DNA of 63,936 nucleotides, counting the filler, from Atractiella rhizophila (taxonomy: Eukaryota), in NCBI GenBank assembly GCA_021432655.1. It is 3 parts of 3 records of this genome, joined end to end, with 100 filler letters (N's around TTAATTAATTAA, not from the genome) between each part and the next. Parts side by side here need not be neighbours in the genome. Positions count along the whole stretch, not along the records: positions 1 to 24,842 come from MU271784.1; 2 more parts are not named here. One strand, given 5' to 3'. Position 1 is the stretch's first letter; every line of letters begins with the position of its first letter. The notes under the pieces are model-generated. The model worked only from the letters and a program-made list of their open reading frames with translations. It ran no database searches and was not told the origin of the DNA. A program made the translations under genes and the position numbers. This document shows positions 1 through 15,503 of the stretch, piece after piece.

Positions 1-1211
1 AGAGACTTTGCTCCAGCGTAATAAGCGAATGTGTCTCACCCCTCCTCGAGAGCAGCAGTAGATCCTCCATTACAAGTAATGGCTGCCTGGAACTCCAGGT
101 TATGCGTACGGCAATGAGGAGCGAAGATGGGCACACCTGCGACTGATTCAGGCTAACGTTACAACAGTGGTCAACTCATTTCGTCAGTTCCAGCAGAAGG
201 CAGACCTAGCAATATGATAGCCATACTATGTTGCATTTACGCACTTAGTTCCTTGCCAGTTGCAACTGGGAAGAGCATTCCTCACCTTTGCAATTTGCAA
301 GGTCAGCTCGCCAATATTTTATCTAGAAGGGGAAGGCATGCCTGGAATGTAGATACGAGGATCCACAATAGAGAGAGAATAAAGCTAATCATACTCAGGA
401 AAGAACTTTAGGGAAATGTGTCCTGGAGACAACGTCCAATCTTCCGAAAGAGGCAATTACCAGTCGGAGACAATGACACAAACAAACCTTCTTACCTTTG
501 GCTTCACGAGCTCCACTTCTCCTACTCTGACTCAAGAATGAAGTAATGACTTTTCCATCATCAGCAATGAAACAGTAAATGTTGCGAACAGTATCATTTC
601 TTTCATTGCAACACGTTTAATCGTTGGATTCTTCGAGAGCAGAATGAGACCAGAAAAACAACACAGACTTGTAAGTGAGAGTATTGAACAGTTGTATGGG
701 GATGGGATGGGATAAGGGGTATGAAACAGCATGAGAAAGAGGGAAGACACGACCTCATTCCAACAACGGGGATCTAAGATTCCGCCTACCTCAAAAATTT
801 CAACAAAAAAACGAGGACCCAAAGCTCAAGCAGTTATCATATTCTTCTCTAAACAGAAAGGACAGCGAATCTAGACACGAATAACGGTAGTGTAGACTCG
901 TTCAAAGTCGTATCCGGAAAGGTGGTGGGAACAGGAAACAACAATAGAAGAAGAATTGATTGGCTTTTGAAGAAACATCGTCAAATTTGAACAAAGATGA
1001 GAGGAAGGCAGAACAAGAATTTAACAGTTGATTCGAATTGAGGGCGGGGTTCGCGAGCACCAGCCTGCCTGCCAGGGAAAATGTCGACAAAGGTAGCATC
1101 CCACTCTGAGAAGGTAAAAATGAAGACCCCCGGAAGGTGACCTATAGCGTCACCGTTACATTAATCAAAATTTATAACAAACGAACTCACGCATTGACCC
1201 CCACGGCCTCC

Positions 1212-3009
<1,798 letters not shown>

Positions 3010-3038
3010 TTTGGATTTTCGTTAAGAAGCTAGAGAAC

Positions 3039-3559
3039 CTACATAACGATCAGTATGAAGATAGAAACAGAGTTATTAATGTTATAATTTTTTGCAGCCT
3101 CAAATCATTGCGATTAGCAGAAATGCATGGCCTAAATAATTGTGGATGACCATCTGTCAATTGAATCTGATCGCACCAGACTAGGCCAAGGAAAATATTT
3201 TTCAAGGTGGCAAAAAAATATTCTGTTCACACGTTCGTGAAAAAATATTTGATCAACAGTCCTGTTGATCGATGTGATCCAGCCTACCACAAATTGCTGG
3301 GTATCGAAGAGCATCAAGCTGCTAGGTTGACCAGCTTCATATCAATGTTCGATTAACGATTAACGAGCGCAGATCAGTCATGCAAAAAAAAGCGATCTCC
3401 AGGTAGGATCTATCAGAAAAGCCAGCCGATCTTATCCTTCTACCTTTCCCAGTACCTAAAAGAAAGATCTGACGAAAGACTCACTTGTATCAAGTTTTTT
3501 CACAGAACCTGGTGGTGGTTGAGAAAAACTTTTTGATCTGTTGATTTGCCCTCTTTATA
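3039..3559 (-). promoter_or_regulatory. TEF1 5'-UTR intron (3484-3039) and TATA box (3554-3559)
   Basis: On the minus strand: GTGAGT donor at 3484, CTGAT branch and TAG acceptor at 3039 just upstream of the ATG, and TATAAA about 70 nt upstream of the donor. Confidence 0.7.
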
Positions 3560-3738
3560 TGATCGCGGAAGGAAAAGATGCGGATGCCTGATGAGGTTAA
3601 GGGGGTTTAAAAAAATTTCGGTGCGCGAATTCGAATCCGATTCGGCTCGCCACTTTTATTACAGAGCTGTAGGGCAGATGCGATGCAAGAAGGCAGGTGG
3701 TAAACTATCAGGAGAAACCTCTCCGAGCAGGCTACGCC

Positions 3739-6700
3739 TCATTCATCCTTATCCTCCACAACTCTCTTCAAGGTGATCCAATTATCACAGTCCATCCCCC
3801 TCAGCTTGACCCCAAGTCCCTCGATCGAATCTTCTAGGTATTTGAGGTCGTGTTGCATCTGTATGCGAACGTTGTCTTCTTCTTCTTCCTCCTGAATCTC
3901 CTTCTGTTGCGATCGAAAGAAGAATGAGGAGGTGGTCTGCTGTTTTCCTCTCTTCAGACGGCGAAGGGAATCATCTGTCTTCCGCATGGCGACAAGAGCT
4001 TGAGCATACCTACGAAGGAGTCGTTAACCCAGCTGCTGTCACATGCGAGACTAAACGCACTTGCTGATGACGTCCTCGAGCACCTTCTTTGCCCACTCTC
4101 TAGCGGTCACTTCATCGCAGACCCTCCCTTCCACATCCAAGAACATTTTCAGTGGTTTAGTCATACTTCCCATGTACGTGCTCGCTTCTGTCGGAGATCG
4201 TCTCAACGATCGTACCTGCGTTGGCATTCGCGCCACGTTTTTGATTGCCTCTGAACAACGGCGGGATAGGATCGAAAGTACGCTGGCAGTCAGAGGCGGG
4301 AGGATCTCGAGTATGTTGGACACAGTCGTTTCCAGCGCACCTAACACCACTCCATGAGCGCAAGGTGGAAGAACTGGATTATGACAAACCTTCTGCTGCA
4401 GACCGTTCTGTAACAGGAAGTTTCTCCCGGATATCTCTGTTCCAGAGGTCGTACACAGCTCGCTCCAACTTCTTCGCGTCCGCGACCACGAGAGCACATT
4501 GTCGAAGAATATTGTTATCCTTTTTCTCCTCCTCCTGTTGAGCCTGAAGCCCAGGAGTCGATGGACGAGCTGGCCCCGGAGAATCCGTAGGGTTGCGTTG
4601 CATTGCATTAGACGTGTTTGGGAGGTAAGAAGGGAGTGTCTCGTCTAGCCATGTCCGGTAACGGCTGAGTAACTAAAGATATCGTGAGCAATATCGATCC
4701 ATTAGAAAAGGTGACTAGCCTGAAGTGAAAGCCTCCAAAAACGATGTGAGAGGTCGTACAAATAGACGTTTGGATCCCAGCACGATTTAACCCCATTGTA
4801 GACCGCCAAAGTTCCTTTGAGGAACACGCCTTTTTCGTTCGGAGCTGCACAGATGGTCAGCAGATCCCCAGGTTCTCTCGAGCTGAATGTGCATACGTGC
4901 GGCACCTTCATCGATTCCACCCTCCACGCGAACAACGATCTCCTTAAATCGGAGCTGGAAGTAAACTGGGAGCTGCCAACGCTTGTGAAAAGCAACATAT
5001 GTCGGGTGTGCGCGAAGAACTTGTAGGTGTCTGAGCGTTGGACACAAAGATTCTATTCGATCGATGAAGTTGCGAGTGAGAGTATAATTCTACGGATCCA
5101 GTCAGCTTGAATAGAGTCATTTGGAGAATGTCACTTGGTGGAACTTGTCCGGCCGTCCAGGAGCCCAAATCACCGTTCCAAGTTCATTCATCATGCGTTT
5201 ACCGATCTCATCGAATAGAACGTTGGCGAGGATATAGAACTCGTCCTCGCCACCCTTTCCGCTCAACTTTCGTTCCGCGACTTCTAAGATCCGTCCACAT
5301 TCGCTCGATAGGTACGACAGGACGGCATTGTAAAGGTGACAAAGACCAGTGATTTGGAGGTCTTCGTCAGTCGTGAGTGTGTTCGGCCGCGGTGGGGGAG
5401 AGAGCATGGAAATTGCGAAATATTCGGACGGTGGAGGTGCCAGCACTTTTGAGCCCATGAATGGGGTGAAAGGTGTTGCGGGGACGCCAGGGGAAGGTGG
5501 CCGGAGCAGGCTCTCTTGTGATATGTTCTATATTCAAAGGAATCAACATCAGAGTCAAAAGAAACATGGAACGAGCACCCACTCTCATCACCCAATCTCT
5601 CACTCCAGAATCTCGTTCCCGCACCACTTCTTCAGCGACAGAAACTTCCCCCATGCTTTGAAAACATCGCAAGCATTGTATCAACGAATCCTCTCCGCTA
5701 CCCGAGCCAGTAACAGTTGGAGTGCTTCCTTGCCGTCCAGGCGTGCTCGGGCCGCTACTCAGTGTTGACCGCGGAAAATTGGATTGGGTTGGGTCTGGCG
5801 ATAGTGGAAAGTAGGAGTTGGCAGTTGTAAAAGCTGGCATTGGTGACCGTGGAGAGGTGGAGAGGAGCACAGTTAATAGGTTTGAGAGCAGGGCAAGGAG
5901 TGATGTAGATAAACGCGACAGTTGCTATAGAGTGGAAGGATGTTATCAGCTTATGTTCTCCAAAAGGGCTTTGCGATGTTCACATTCTTTTGACAAAGGT
6001 AGAAAGCATTTCATTGCAGGACAGAAACGCGCCCATCCATATTGTAGCAACAAGAAAGGGAAAGCGCACCTTCTTCATCTCTATCACAAAAGGTATGTCC
6101 CCTTTCTCTCCAGCTTGCTCCATTTCTTCCTTCCCGCTCTCCTCTGCCCTTCCAACAAGATATCTAAGCCTCGTCCACTCTCCTACAATGCGCTCCAACC
6201 TCGCGCTCTTTCCCTCTTCCTCCTCCTCCTGCTTATCCTTCTCATCGATTAGCATCCTTTCCACTCGACCCAATCCCTCTTCCACGCTTAGCAACAATCG
6301 AAGATATGTTTTCTTCCCTCTCACTGCTTTCCGCTCCTCAATCATGAGCTCGCACTTCTTGCCCATCTCCTCTAACTCAGTCTTCGCCCCTGTAAGCTTC
6401 AACAGAGCAGCCTCCAGCTCTTCCCGTAGTTCTACCACTCCACGTCCTGACTGTCCTTCTGAACCACGTAATACGCCCATTGGTCCTCCGAGTCCAATTT
6501 TGACGAACTCCTCCCATTCTGCATCCACAACATCAACCAATCGTTTACGTAGATCAGTGAGGTAGGTTCGTAAGTCGGAGCGCAAGTCGGTAAGGGGAAT
6601 GTGCTGGTAATGTAGCAGGAAAGTCGAAGGGTCGAAGTCCTTTACGAGGAACAACTCAGTAGAAAGGGTCGGAGGAAACGGTAGGTCGACAGCATTTTCT

Positions 6701-6744
6701 TCTCCTTCTTCTGATATTTTGGGTGGAAGACTTGAATCTGCCAT
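3739..6744 (-). CDS. COG2: Conserved oligomeric Golgi complex subunit 2 (multi-exon)
   Basis: N-terminal FDPSTFLLHYQHIPLTDLRSDLRTYL...LVDVVDAEWEEFV, central KRWQLPVYFQLRFKEIV and HRFWRLSLQLLSRY, C-terminal VRIQMQHDL. Recognised from memory as COG2 family motifs. Confidence 0.85.
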
Positions 6745-6889
6745 TCCTTGCGCTGCCCGAAAACGTCAAGATTGTCGTTGTCGACGATATTCTGTCGTAT
6801 TTTCGGACCCGCACGACCATGACTCTCATTGCTGCATTGGCGTTGCAATGAGATAACAAGGATTCTGGATTTTGAAGGCGCCAACAGAC

Positions 6890-9800
6890 ATGTCCCTTCC
6901 GCTTGCCATTGCTGGTCCATCCTCCTCCAAGTTGAAAAGCTGCGACAGTTGCCGGTGCGTCTTCAAACTTCCCACGCCAAAAAGCATTAATCAGCATCAC
7001 TCGCAGTTTAAGACGAATCGTGCGGCCATATCTCATATCTCTCTTCACCGAGTTCAGACACTAAGTACGGTGATCTAGAAATGTGTGCGCGAACCAGCCG
7101 GGAATGAGACGTGCCAAAAGTGTGCAGAGAAGTCCATCCGGTGCGTGCTTAAACTCGTTCTCCCCGCTACGCGCGAACTACATCGTGTTTGGTCCATTGT
7201 CCATTCGTGCTTTTTATTTCCGTTTACGGCGATGATATCAAGGACCCTGATAAGCTCTGGCGTGGCTATTCAGTAGCGAGTTCAGCCGAAATATGTCACG
7301 TCTGCACTTGACGATTTAGTATTCAAAGGATACTTCTTACATGTGTATCTGCAGATGAGCTTTTGTCTGCTATTGGTGTTCTCGAGATGAGCATCCCACT
7401 TGAAGACTTAGCTGGTCAATAATGTAGTCTGTTTGAGAGTCCCTGGAGTCATAATATAATGTTTCAAGATTGCGACAACGGATGATCTTCGAAAGAAGGA
7501 GTCCGAGAATTGCTATGGCTTTATAAAACTGTAAAAGTGGAGCACAAACCCAGCTGGAACGCGCAGATTACGCTGCAACCGATTTCACATCCTTTCTGTG
7601 AAAGCATCGTTGGCTTCCCTCTTGTGAAATTTACTTTGAATAAACGCCTCGAATTCTGTAGTGTTGAACTCCGGATGCTTATTGCTTTTCATAGATGCAC
7701 GGTCTTGCGACAAATGAATCCCCGTCGAAAAATGGTAGCCTTTCTATTATCGCACCAAGTTTTTGATGATGATGATGGTACAGAACCGAGATGGTTCTGT
7801 CATCGCTCGAGCACGGTTTGTCGCGAACTTCATCCCCAAGACTCCAAAATTGAATTAATACCGAAGGGAAACATTCGGCAGCGCGGGAGCACTCACAAAG
7901 CACCAATATACGAACGAGATTTTCGAGGAAGGGATAAGATCATTCAACGCTCTTCCAAGTTCGACGAATTCGAAACTTGGGGATGCGGAGATAGAAGGCA
8001 CGCTCACTCTTCATCTGATGGAAGGTTCGTCCTTCTTCTCACTTCCTGACCTTCTTGCTAAACTCTTTTGTAGAATTTTTCAGCAACGTCAGTTTTATCA
8101 CGAGTGCATATGGAAACTGAGCAGTCTAACCGTAGCATTACGGCCAAATGCAACCGCTCAACTGGGTGTCCTTTCGCAGCAGATTTGATGCAGCAGGCAA
8201 ACGGCCGGAAAACATGCTGCCTCAGGAAGAGGTATGTGCACTGCCGGATCGTTTATTTCCTTACTAAGGGCAAACAGGTTCTCTGCGCGTTCCTGATAAT
8301 GATGGGGGCACGTCTTTCAGACCATCCCCTGCTGCTACGAGGTACAACTGGTCTGCTCGCTTCTCCCGATTCAGGTCAAAGCAGTGGACGCAGCGGTTCT
8401 CAATCTCCTGACTCCGCCGATGCCAGCGACGGGACGGTGTCGACCCAAACTGACATCGGCAAGTTGAGGGAACGTCAGTCTCTGGCTCTTCTCTCTAGAT
8501 CGTGCTAAGTGAGGTCTTCAGATGTGAATCGAAAGTTGTTTGAGCGCGCCATCTCGCTTGCCGATGCTAAAGGGACTATTCGAAATCCAACAGAGGAGAG
8601 CATTGCGAGCCTCTTGTTTATGCATCAAGGATTGACACGTTCGTCGTTTGTACAACCTTCATATGGAGCTGATTTAGTGATAGGGGATGAACGCATGGTT
8701 CAGGGTCGCATATACTGCAAGGCGACGTTAGAACACATACGAATTCTAGCTGAGCAAAACGACGCGTTGCCGCTCACTGTGCAGGTATTTAGTCATTATT
8801 TGTCCTTTATTGCGTGCTAAAGGGAAACGCATAGCCGAAGAATAGAACCATTGGTGACGTACGTCCAGCTTGAACGGTTTGAAAGTTGGCTGAGAGCGGA
8901 AACAGCGCGCTTGGAATTTGTGGTTAATGGATGCCATGATTGTGGCCCGTAGTGGCATAAAACCAACCTTGTAAGCTTACTGGCCTCCGTTGGGATGACT
9001 GAATTGATGCAATATAAAGTGACGAGGAAGATTTTATTCGATACTGTCCAACTTCCGACATGTCACTTACTGACATCTTGCCCTTGTTCAAGACTTCACC
9101 ATGGAAAGGATTTCCGTCCCTGAAAGGCCATGAAGAAGGCTGTAAGTATTCTACCAGCTCGCACTTGTTTGTTAAACTGTTCTACCAGACTTCTGGACTT
9201 GCGTCACTCCATTTCTGAGAGAAATCGGAAGTACGCGTCATCACCTCTGTTTATAAGTTCTTCTGATTGGTAAATAGATACCGGTTTGAAAATAGGGAAG
9301 TTTACTTCTCCTCGGGCCCTCAAGCTACCTTTCCAGGAGAAACAATTTCTTGAAGTTATCTCGGCGTTATATTTCCTCCAACTTTCTATGCCTCATCTCG
9401 AACCAGCGCTTCTGAAATTACGGCCAGAGTTTATCGAGGTATGGCCGTGTAACGCACTATACTATCTCTAGTATTCAAAGGATACTTCTTACATGTGTAT
9501 CTGCAGATGAGCTTTTGTCTGCTATTGGTGTTCTCGAGATGAGCATCCCACTTGAAGACTTAGCTGGTCAATGATGTAGTCTGTTTGAGAGTCCCTGGAG
9601 TCATAATATAATGTTTCAAGATTGCGACACGGATGATCTTCGAAAGAAGGAGTCCGAGAATTGCTATGGCTTTATAAAACTGTAAAAGTGGAGCACAAAC
9701 ACAGCTGGAACGCGCAGATTACGCTGCAACCGTTTTCACATCCTTTCTGTGAAAGCATCGTTGGCTTCCCTCTTGTGAAATTTACTTTGAATAAACGCCT

Positions 9801-12539
9801 CGAATTCTGCAGTGTTGAACTCTGGATGCTTATTGCTTTTCATAGATGCACGGTCTTGCGACAAATGAATCCCCGTCGAAAAATGGTAGCCTTTCTATTA
9901 TCGCACCAAGTTTTTGATGATGATGATGGTACAGAACCGAGATGGTTCTGTCATCGCTCGAGCACGGTTTGTCGCGAACTTCATCCCCAAGACTCCAAAA
10001 TTGAATTAATACCGAAGGGAAACATTCGGCAGCGCGGGAGCACTCACAAAGCACCAATATACGAACGAGATTTTCGAGGAAGGGATAAGATCATTCAACG
10101 CTCTTCCAAGTTCGACGAATTCGAAACTTGGGGATGCGGAGATAGAAGGCACGCTCACTCTTCATCTGATGGAAGGTTCGTCCTTCTTCTCACTTCCTGA
10201 CCTTCTTGCTAAACTCTTTTGTAGAATTTTTCAGCAACGTCAGTTTTATCACGAGTGCATATGGAAACTGAGCAGTCTAACCGTAGCATTACGGCCAAAT
10301 GCAACCGCTCAACTGGGTGTCCTTTCGCAGCAGATTTGATGCAGCAGGCAAACGGCCGGAAAACATGCTGCCTCAGGAAGAGGTATGTGCACTGCCGGAT
10401 CGTTTATTTCCTTACTAAGGGCAAACAGGTTCTCTGCGCGTTCCTGATAATGATGGGGGCACGTCTTTCAGACCATCCCCTGCTGCTACGAGGTACAACT
10501 GGTCTGCTCGCTTCTCCCGATTCAGGTCAAAGCAGTGGACGCAGCGGTTCTCAATCTCCTGACTCCGCCGATGCCAGCGACGGGACGGTGTCGACCCAAA
10601 CTGACATCGGCAAGTTGAGGGAACGTCAGTCTCTGGCTCTTCTCTCTAGATCGTGCTAAGTGAGGTCTTCAGATGTGAATCGAAAGTTGTTTGAGCGCGC
10701 CATCTCGCTTGCCGATGCTAAAGGGACTATTCGAAATCCAACAGAGGAGAGCATTGCGAGCCTCTTGTTTATGCATCAAGGATTGACACGTTCGTCGTTT
10801 GTACAACCTTCATATGGAGCTGATTTAGTGATAGGGGATGAACGCATGGTTCAGGGTCGCATATACTGCAAGGCGACGTTAGAACACATACGAATTCTAG
10901 CTGAGCAAAACGACGCGTTGCCGCTCACTGTGCAGGTATTTAGTCATTATTTGTCCTTTATTGCGTGCTAAAGGGAAACGCATAGCCGAAGAATAGAACC
11001 ATTGGTGACGTACGTCCAGCTTGAACGGTTTGAAAGTTGGCTGAGAGCGGAAACAGCGCGCTTGGAATTTGTGGTTAATGGATGCCATGATTGTGGCCCG
11101 TAGTGGCATAAAACCAACCTTGTAAGCTTACTGGCCTCCGTTGGGATGACTGAATTGATGCAATATAAAGTGACGAGGAAGATTTTATTCGATACTGTCC
11201 AACTTCCGACATGTCACTTACTGACATCTTGCCCTTGTTCAAGACTTCACCATGGAAAGGATTTCCGTCCCTGAAAGGCCATGAAGAAGGCTGTAAGTAT
11301 TCTACCAGCTCGCACTTGTTTGTTAAACTGTTCTACCAGACTTCTGGACTTGCGTCACTCCATTTCTGAGAGAAATCGGAAGTACGCGTCATCACCTCTG
11401 TTTATAAGTTCTTCTGATTGGTAAATAGATACCGGTTTGAAAATAGGGAAGTTTACTTCTCCTCGGGCCCTCAAGCTACCTTTCCAGGAGAAACAATTTC
11501 TTGAAGTTATCTCGGCGTTATATTTCCTCCAACTTTCTATGCCTCATCTCGAACCAGCGCTTCTGAAATTACGGCCAGAGTTTATCGAGGTATGGCCGTG
11601 TAACGCACTATACTATCTCTCTTTGAATACGATCACTTGGGCACATCTGGTTATGGCCGCGAAGACACTTGTTGTGCAGAGACAAACTGACTCCGTCCCC
11701 GATCCCGAGAAAGGAGGAAAAATGGCGAGGGTCGCTCCTGTGGTCAATCAGCTCGCTTTCGACTCGTCGAGGCAGGTCGCATATGTATTCCACGTGAGAT
11801 TTTCTGTAACACTTGTCGTCATGCCTCTAACTAAGCGCTCTATCAGCGTTTGCGAACCCTAGGAAAAAAGCTTGCTTCTTTTATGGCGCTCGGCTTTATC
11901 ATGACGCAGATTCCAATAATCGCACACGAACTCGTCCAAGGAGAGATCGAAAGAATTCCCAAAAAGGCGTACGAGCCACTACCGTCTTTACCTGGCGTGA
12001 CGGATCATCCACCACCTGAAGCGTGCCAATTTACCGCAGAGCGGAAGCTGATGGAGCTTGAGTGGTGTGTATTATCCCTTCACAATCTTTCCACGGTATT
12101 CATTGCGTGGAATTCTCACAGGATGCTGGAAGGTGTAAGAAACTGCACGTACGCCCACGGAGACGATGCATTACGGGAGACGGTGGCCTACCTCACTTTT
12201 GAGCTCGAGAAACTCAAGAAAGAACAAGATACTTTTCTAGCCACTTCTTTCTTGATCGGGAGCCAACAGTCCAGCCCAGAAGATGAATATTCTCCTCCTA
12301 TGTGCGGCGATGAGAATTTGAAACTGTGTAGAGGAGATTCAGGCGACTTCAACAATACTTCCGTCAAGGAAATGGTGCCTGCCGACTTCTCAGCAGCCGA
12401 AGAGCTTCATCGATTGCAGCAGACTCTTTTGGCCTTGCAGCAGAGCGGACAACTAGATGCGGACCTTTTGAGAAACGCAAATCTATCCAGTCAATTCTTA
12501 AACCTCCCACCACCGAGACACGATGGTGCTATTGGTTGA
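6890..12539 (+). CDS. Zn(II)2Cys6 fungal transcription factor, interrupted by an internal tandem duplication
   Basis: Splicing four exons, including a 13-nt micro-exon at 7007-7019, gives CDSCRLRRIKCVREPAGNETCQKCAEKSIRC (C-x2-C-x6-C-x9-C-x2-C-x6-C). Many short exons follow to the stop at 12539. It is divergent from COG2, with 145 bp between the ATGs. Confidence 0.85.
7317..11620. repeat. Head-to-tail tandem duplication of about 2.15 kb (7317-9469 and 9469-11620)
   Basis: The ORF track shows near-identical ORFs offset by 2151 nt. About six differences are visible, all in the first ~360 nt. Confidence 0.97.
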
Positions 12540-12869
12540 GTGACAAGACTGCCAACTTGGGGACAGGATGTTTCGCAAAGTGTAATGTATATATATCGTT
12601 AATGTCATTATGCATTATCAGTCGTGCTGTACCAAAGTAGTCGTTGTAGACTAAAACGTTTATACATGACGTCTGGAGACACAAAGCACGAAAGCTGAAC
12701 CATGCGCGAGATACAAGCTACTTTAGACTACTAACGAAGCAGGCCACAAATATTTCGAAAACAGATGTCACCGCATCACTAACTACATGACATGGGAGAG
12801 GATTAAATATACTTGGACTTGCGAGAACACATAAACATGTCGAGACCGATTCGCACGCAATAAAAAATG

Positions 12870-13929
12870 TTAAAAACCTATGTCATACCCTTCTGCCGAA
12901 TCCCGCTTCATTGTCTTCCGAGCCCTCTTGCTCCGTCTTACCGTGCTAGGTGGTGTAGGAGGAACTCGAACCTCTAATTTCCGCTTTTTTCGCTTCCCTC
13001 CTTCGTCAATGTCAGCGCCTTCTTGATTGGGGGTCTCAAGAATCCTGTGGTGATGGTGACCACCGACACTGGAGGATCTTCTGCGCTTCAGTGGAGGTGT
13101 GGCCAGTGAAGAATGAGTCTGAGAAGGAGGCGGGGCGGTCTGACCACGGTAGTTTGGAACACTCGGACACGGTAGGAGATGCTGAAAGGTGGAAGTCTCT
13201 CCTAGAGCCGGCACAGGCGTGGGATTACAGTAGTAACCTTCGTCGTCTATACGATACGTCGGATAAGGGTAGTAAGGATGCCAAACAAGCTGTGGGGAGG
13301 CATAATAATACCCTGGCACTGGAGCCTGGTGCCGGAAAAAGGACTGAGGCTGCTCTTGAGGAGGGACAGAAACAACAATATCCGGTAACATCGATGGAAG
13401 AGGGTGAGGTTGAGGTTGAAAGGTTTTAAGTTCCTTCGTTTCCAACGATGAAATATCCTCCTTCTCAGGTGGCCGATGCTGCTGATTCTGATGGGGCGGA
13501 CCTCTATGTGTGACCTTGTCTGAGAACGTCTTTGTTCTTGGGGAGATCATGCTTGACATCAACGTTGCTGGGGGAGCAGAGCCTGACCGTTGGAAGTTAG
13601 GAGGCATCGTGGATAGATGTTTCGAGGGGTACTGGAATGAGAATTGGAGTAACTCGTGAAACGTCGAGTTGCGCACGACAGTCGGCGTGATTGGAGATGC
13701 TGCATTATTTATCCATCAGTCTGTTTCGAATATGATTGAAGTTAGTGGGAGATGGACCAAACGAACCTCGAAGAGCGTCTAATTGGTGATGACGGACACC
13801 AGAACTACCAGCGACCTCAAGGCGTAAATGCTTCGCAGGGACTTTGAAGCTCAACTTGTGCTTCAACTCCGGATTCTGCAGACGGCTCTCGTGCTCCTGA
13901 CGTTGCTGGCGCTGGTGCTGGAACTGCAT
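12870..13929 (-). CDS. Hypothetical Pro/Ser-rich protein with basic C-terminal NLS-like clusters
   Basis: A 268-aa ORF joins an upstream exon (MQFQHQRQQ...) through a GTTCGT...CTGAT...TGCAG intron. It contains KRRR and KRKKRK motifs but no recognisable domain. Confidence 0.55.
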
Positions 13930-15503
13930 GCTGATGGTTTTCTCTCTTGGATTTGAGAGCACGGCCAGGTATGGGATGATGGATTAAATATAAATGATTA
14001 GAAAACCAAGCGATGTAGAACAAGGCCCATTGTTGTTGGACAAGCTTTGTTGAGATTGCAGATTTAGTTTGAGTTGGTTAGCGAAAATCAATGCTGCAAG
14101 GTTTGAGCTAAACCGAATCAATGGTAGTCTGCAATATTTGGTTTCAACAAGGCGACAGGGGGGGTTCAGTAGGGACGAGAGAGGGACGACTAGGACGGGC
14201 TTGGACACGCCTCGGAAACTCGATACACGATACATAGTGACTAGCATGCATGGCAACTTGGTTTGGTGTTAAAAATGGCACAGGGGTGGATGAAAGAACA
14301 AACAACCAGACAAGGATCTTCGTCAGAAACTTTCGCGCTGGGTTCTTTCGAACCACATGCAACGACGTTCATCATAGAAGTAATTAGAAAAGAACAGGTC
14401 AGGTCAAGAGTAGTCCGAATCGAGTTATGCAACGAGACGCCGTAGACGCCTACAAAATGCACACCGCGAATTGCATTGAAGCGACCGTCATACAACGTTC
14501 GCGGCTCCCATGTGCTTCCCAACTAAGAGTTTTGGGTCGATAACGAAGGAAGGATCGATCTGAAGAAAGTAGAGAGGATTTCTATCCTAGGCCTTCACAT
14601 CTTCGGAATACCTCATCTGCCAATACCTGCCAGACCGTTAGAGAAGATAGAAAAGAGCAAAAAACTCACCGTGTACACGGTGCTCTGTGCTGCAGCAGCC
14701 CACTAGGTTTGCTACCGACCAGTCTATCGGTCTAACAGAGCTAACAACCTTCCTTCATGATCATCACCACCTTCCTTCCTTTCCAACCCTCACAACAAGG
14801 AATTTCTGATAGCACACCCCATCGCTTTCACGATGCGTCCATCAAGAACATCGTAGCTCAACCTCAAAAAGGAAGAGGAGGGCGACACAAACACTCGGAC
14901 CTTCCCCCTCGCTAGAGCTTTTGAACTGCAATCCTCCTAGAAAGGATCGACGAAGTAAGCTTTGAGTCATTCCAACCCAAAACTTGGATGGATTACCCTG
15001 TGGGTAGCGAGGAATCGCAGCCTTTGAACTGAACCTGCACCAAGGTGATGCGGTGGCACTCATACGTGCTGCAGCCGACCCATTATCCCTGAGACCAGGC
15101 CAGTCGCACCTTTTCACCTTGGATGGAAAAGTTCGACCCGAACTTCTCCCCTCGAAGAAATTGTTCATCAACTTCTTCTGGTTCTTGGTCTCTCGGGTTT
15201 ACCCGATCATGATCGTGCATGACCATGGTCGCAGGGGGAAGGGAGGAGAGCCGAACAAATACAAACATGTTCCACGTGACTTTCTGCTCCGCAGAATTTC
15301 GCTAGCTGGCACTTTTATGAAGCTGCTTCGAGATGGCACTGGTTCGGGAGGCGAATACGTATGCACTGAATCATATTGGGGTCTAAGCGGCCATACAGTA
15401 GAGCGGTATCGAAACATTCTGAGAAATCACAACAGGTAGAAACACGAATCAAAACCATTCACAAGAAGGCAAAGGCATAGAGCATGAGATAAGCAAGAGG
15501 CGA

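Noticed and set aside
14757..15439. Possible decayed gene (HNH-like remnant) between the hypothetical gene and histone H1
   Set aside because: It has stops and only vague similarity, and no diagnostic motif could be assembled.
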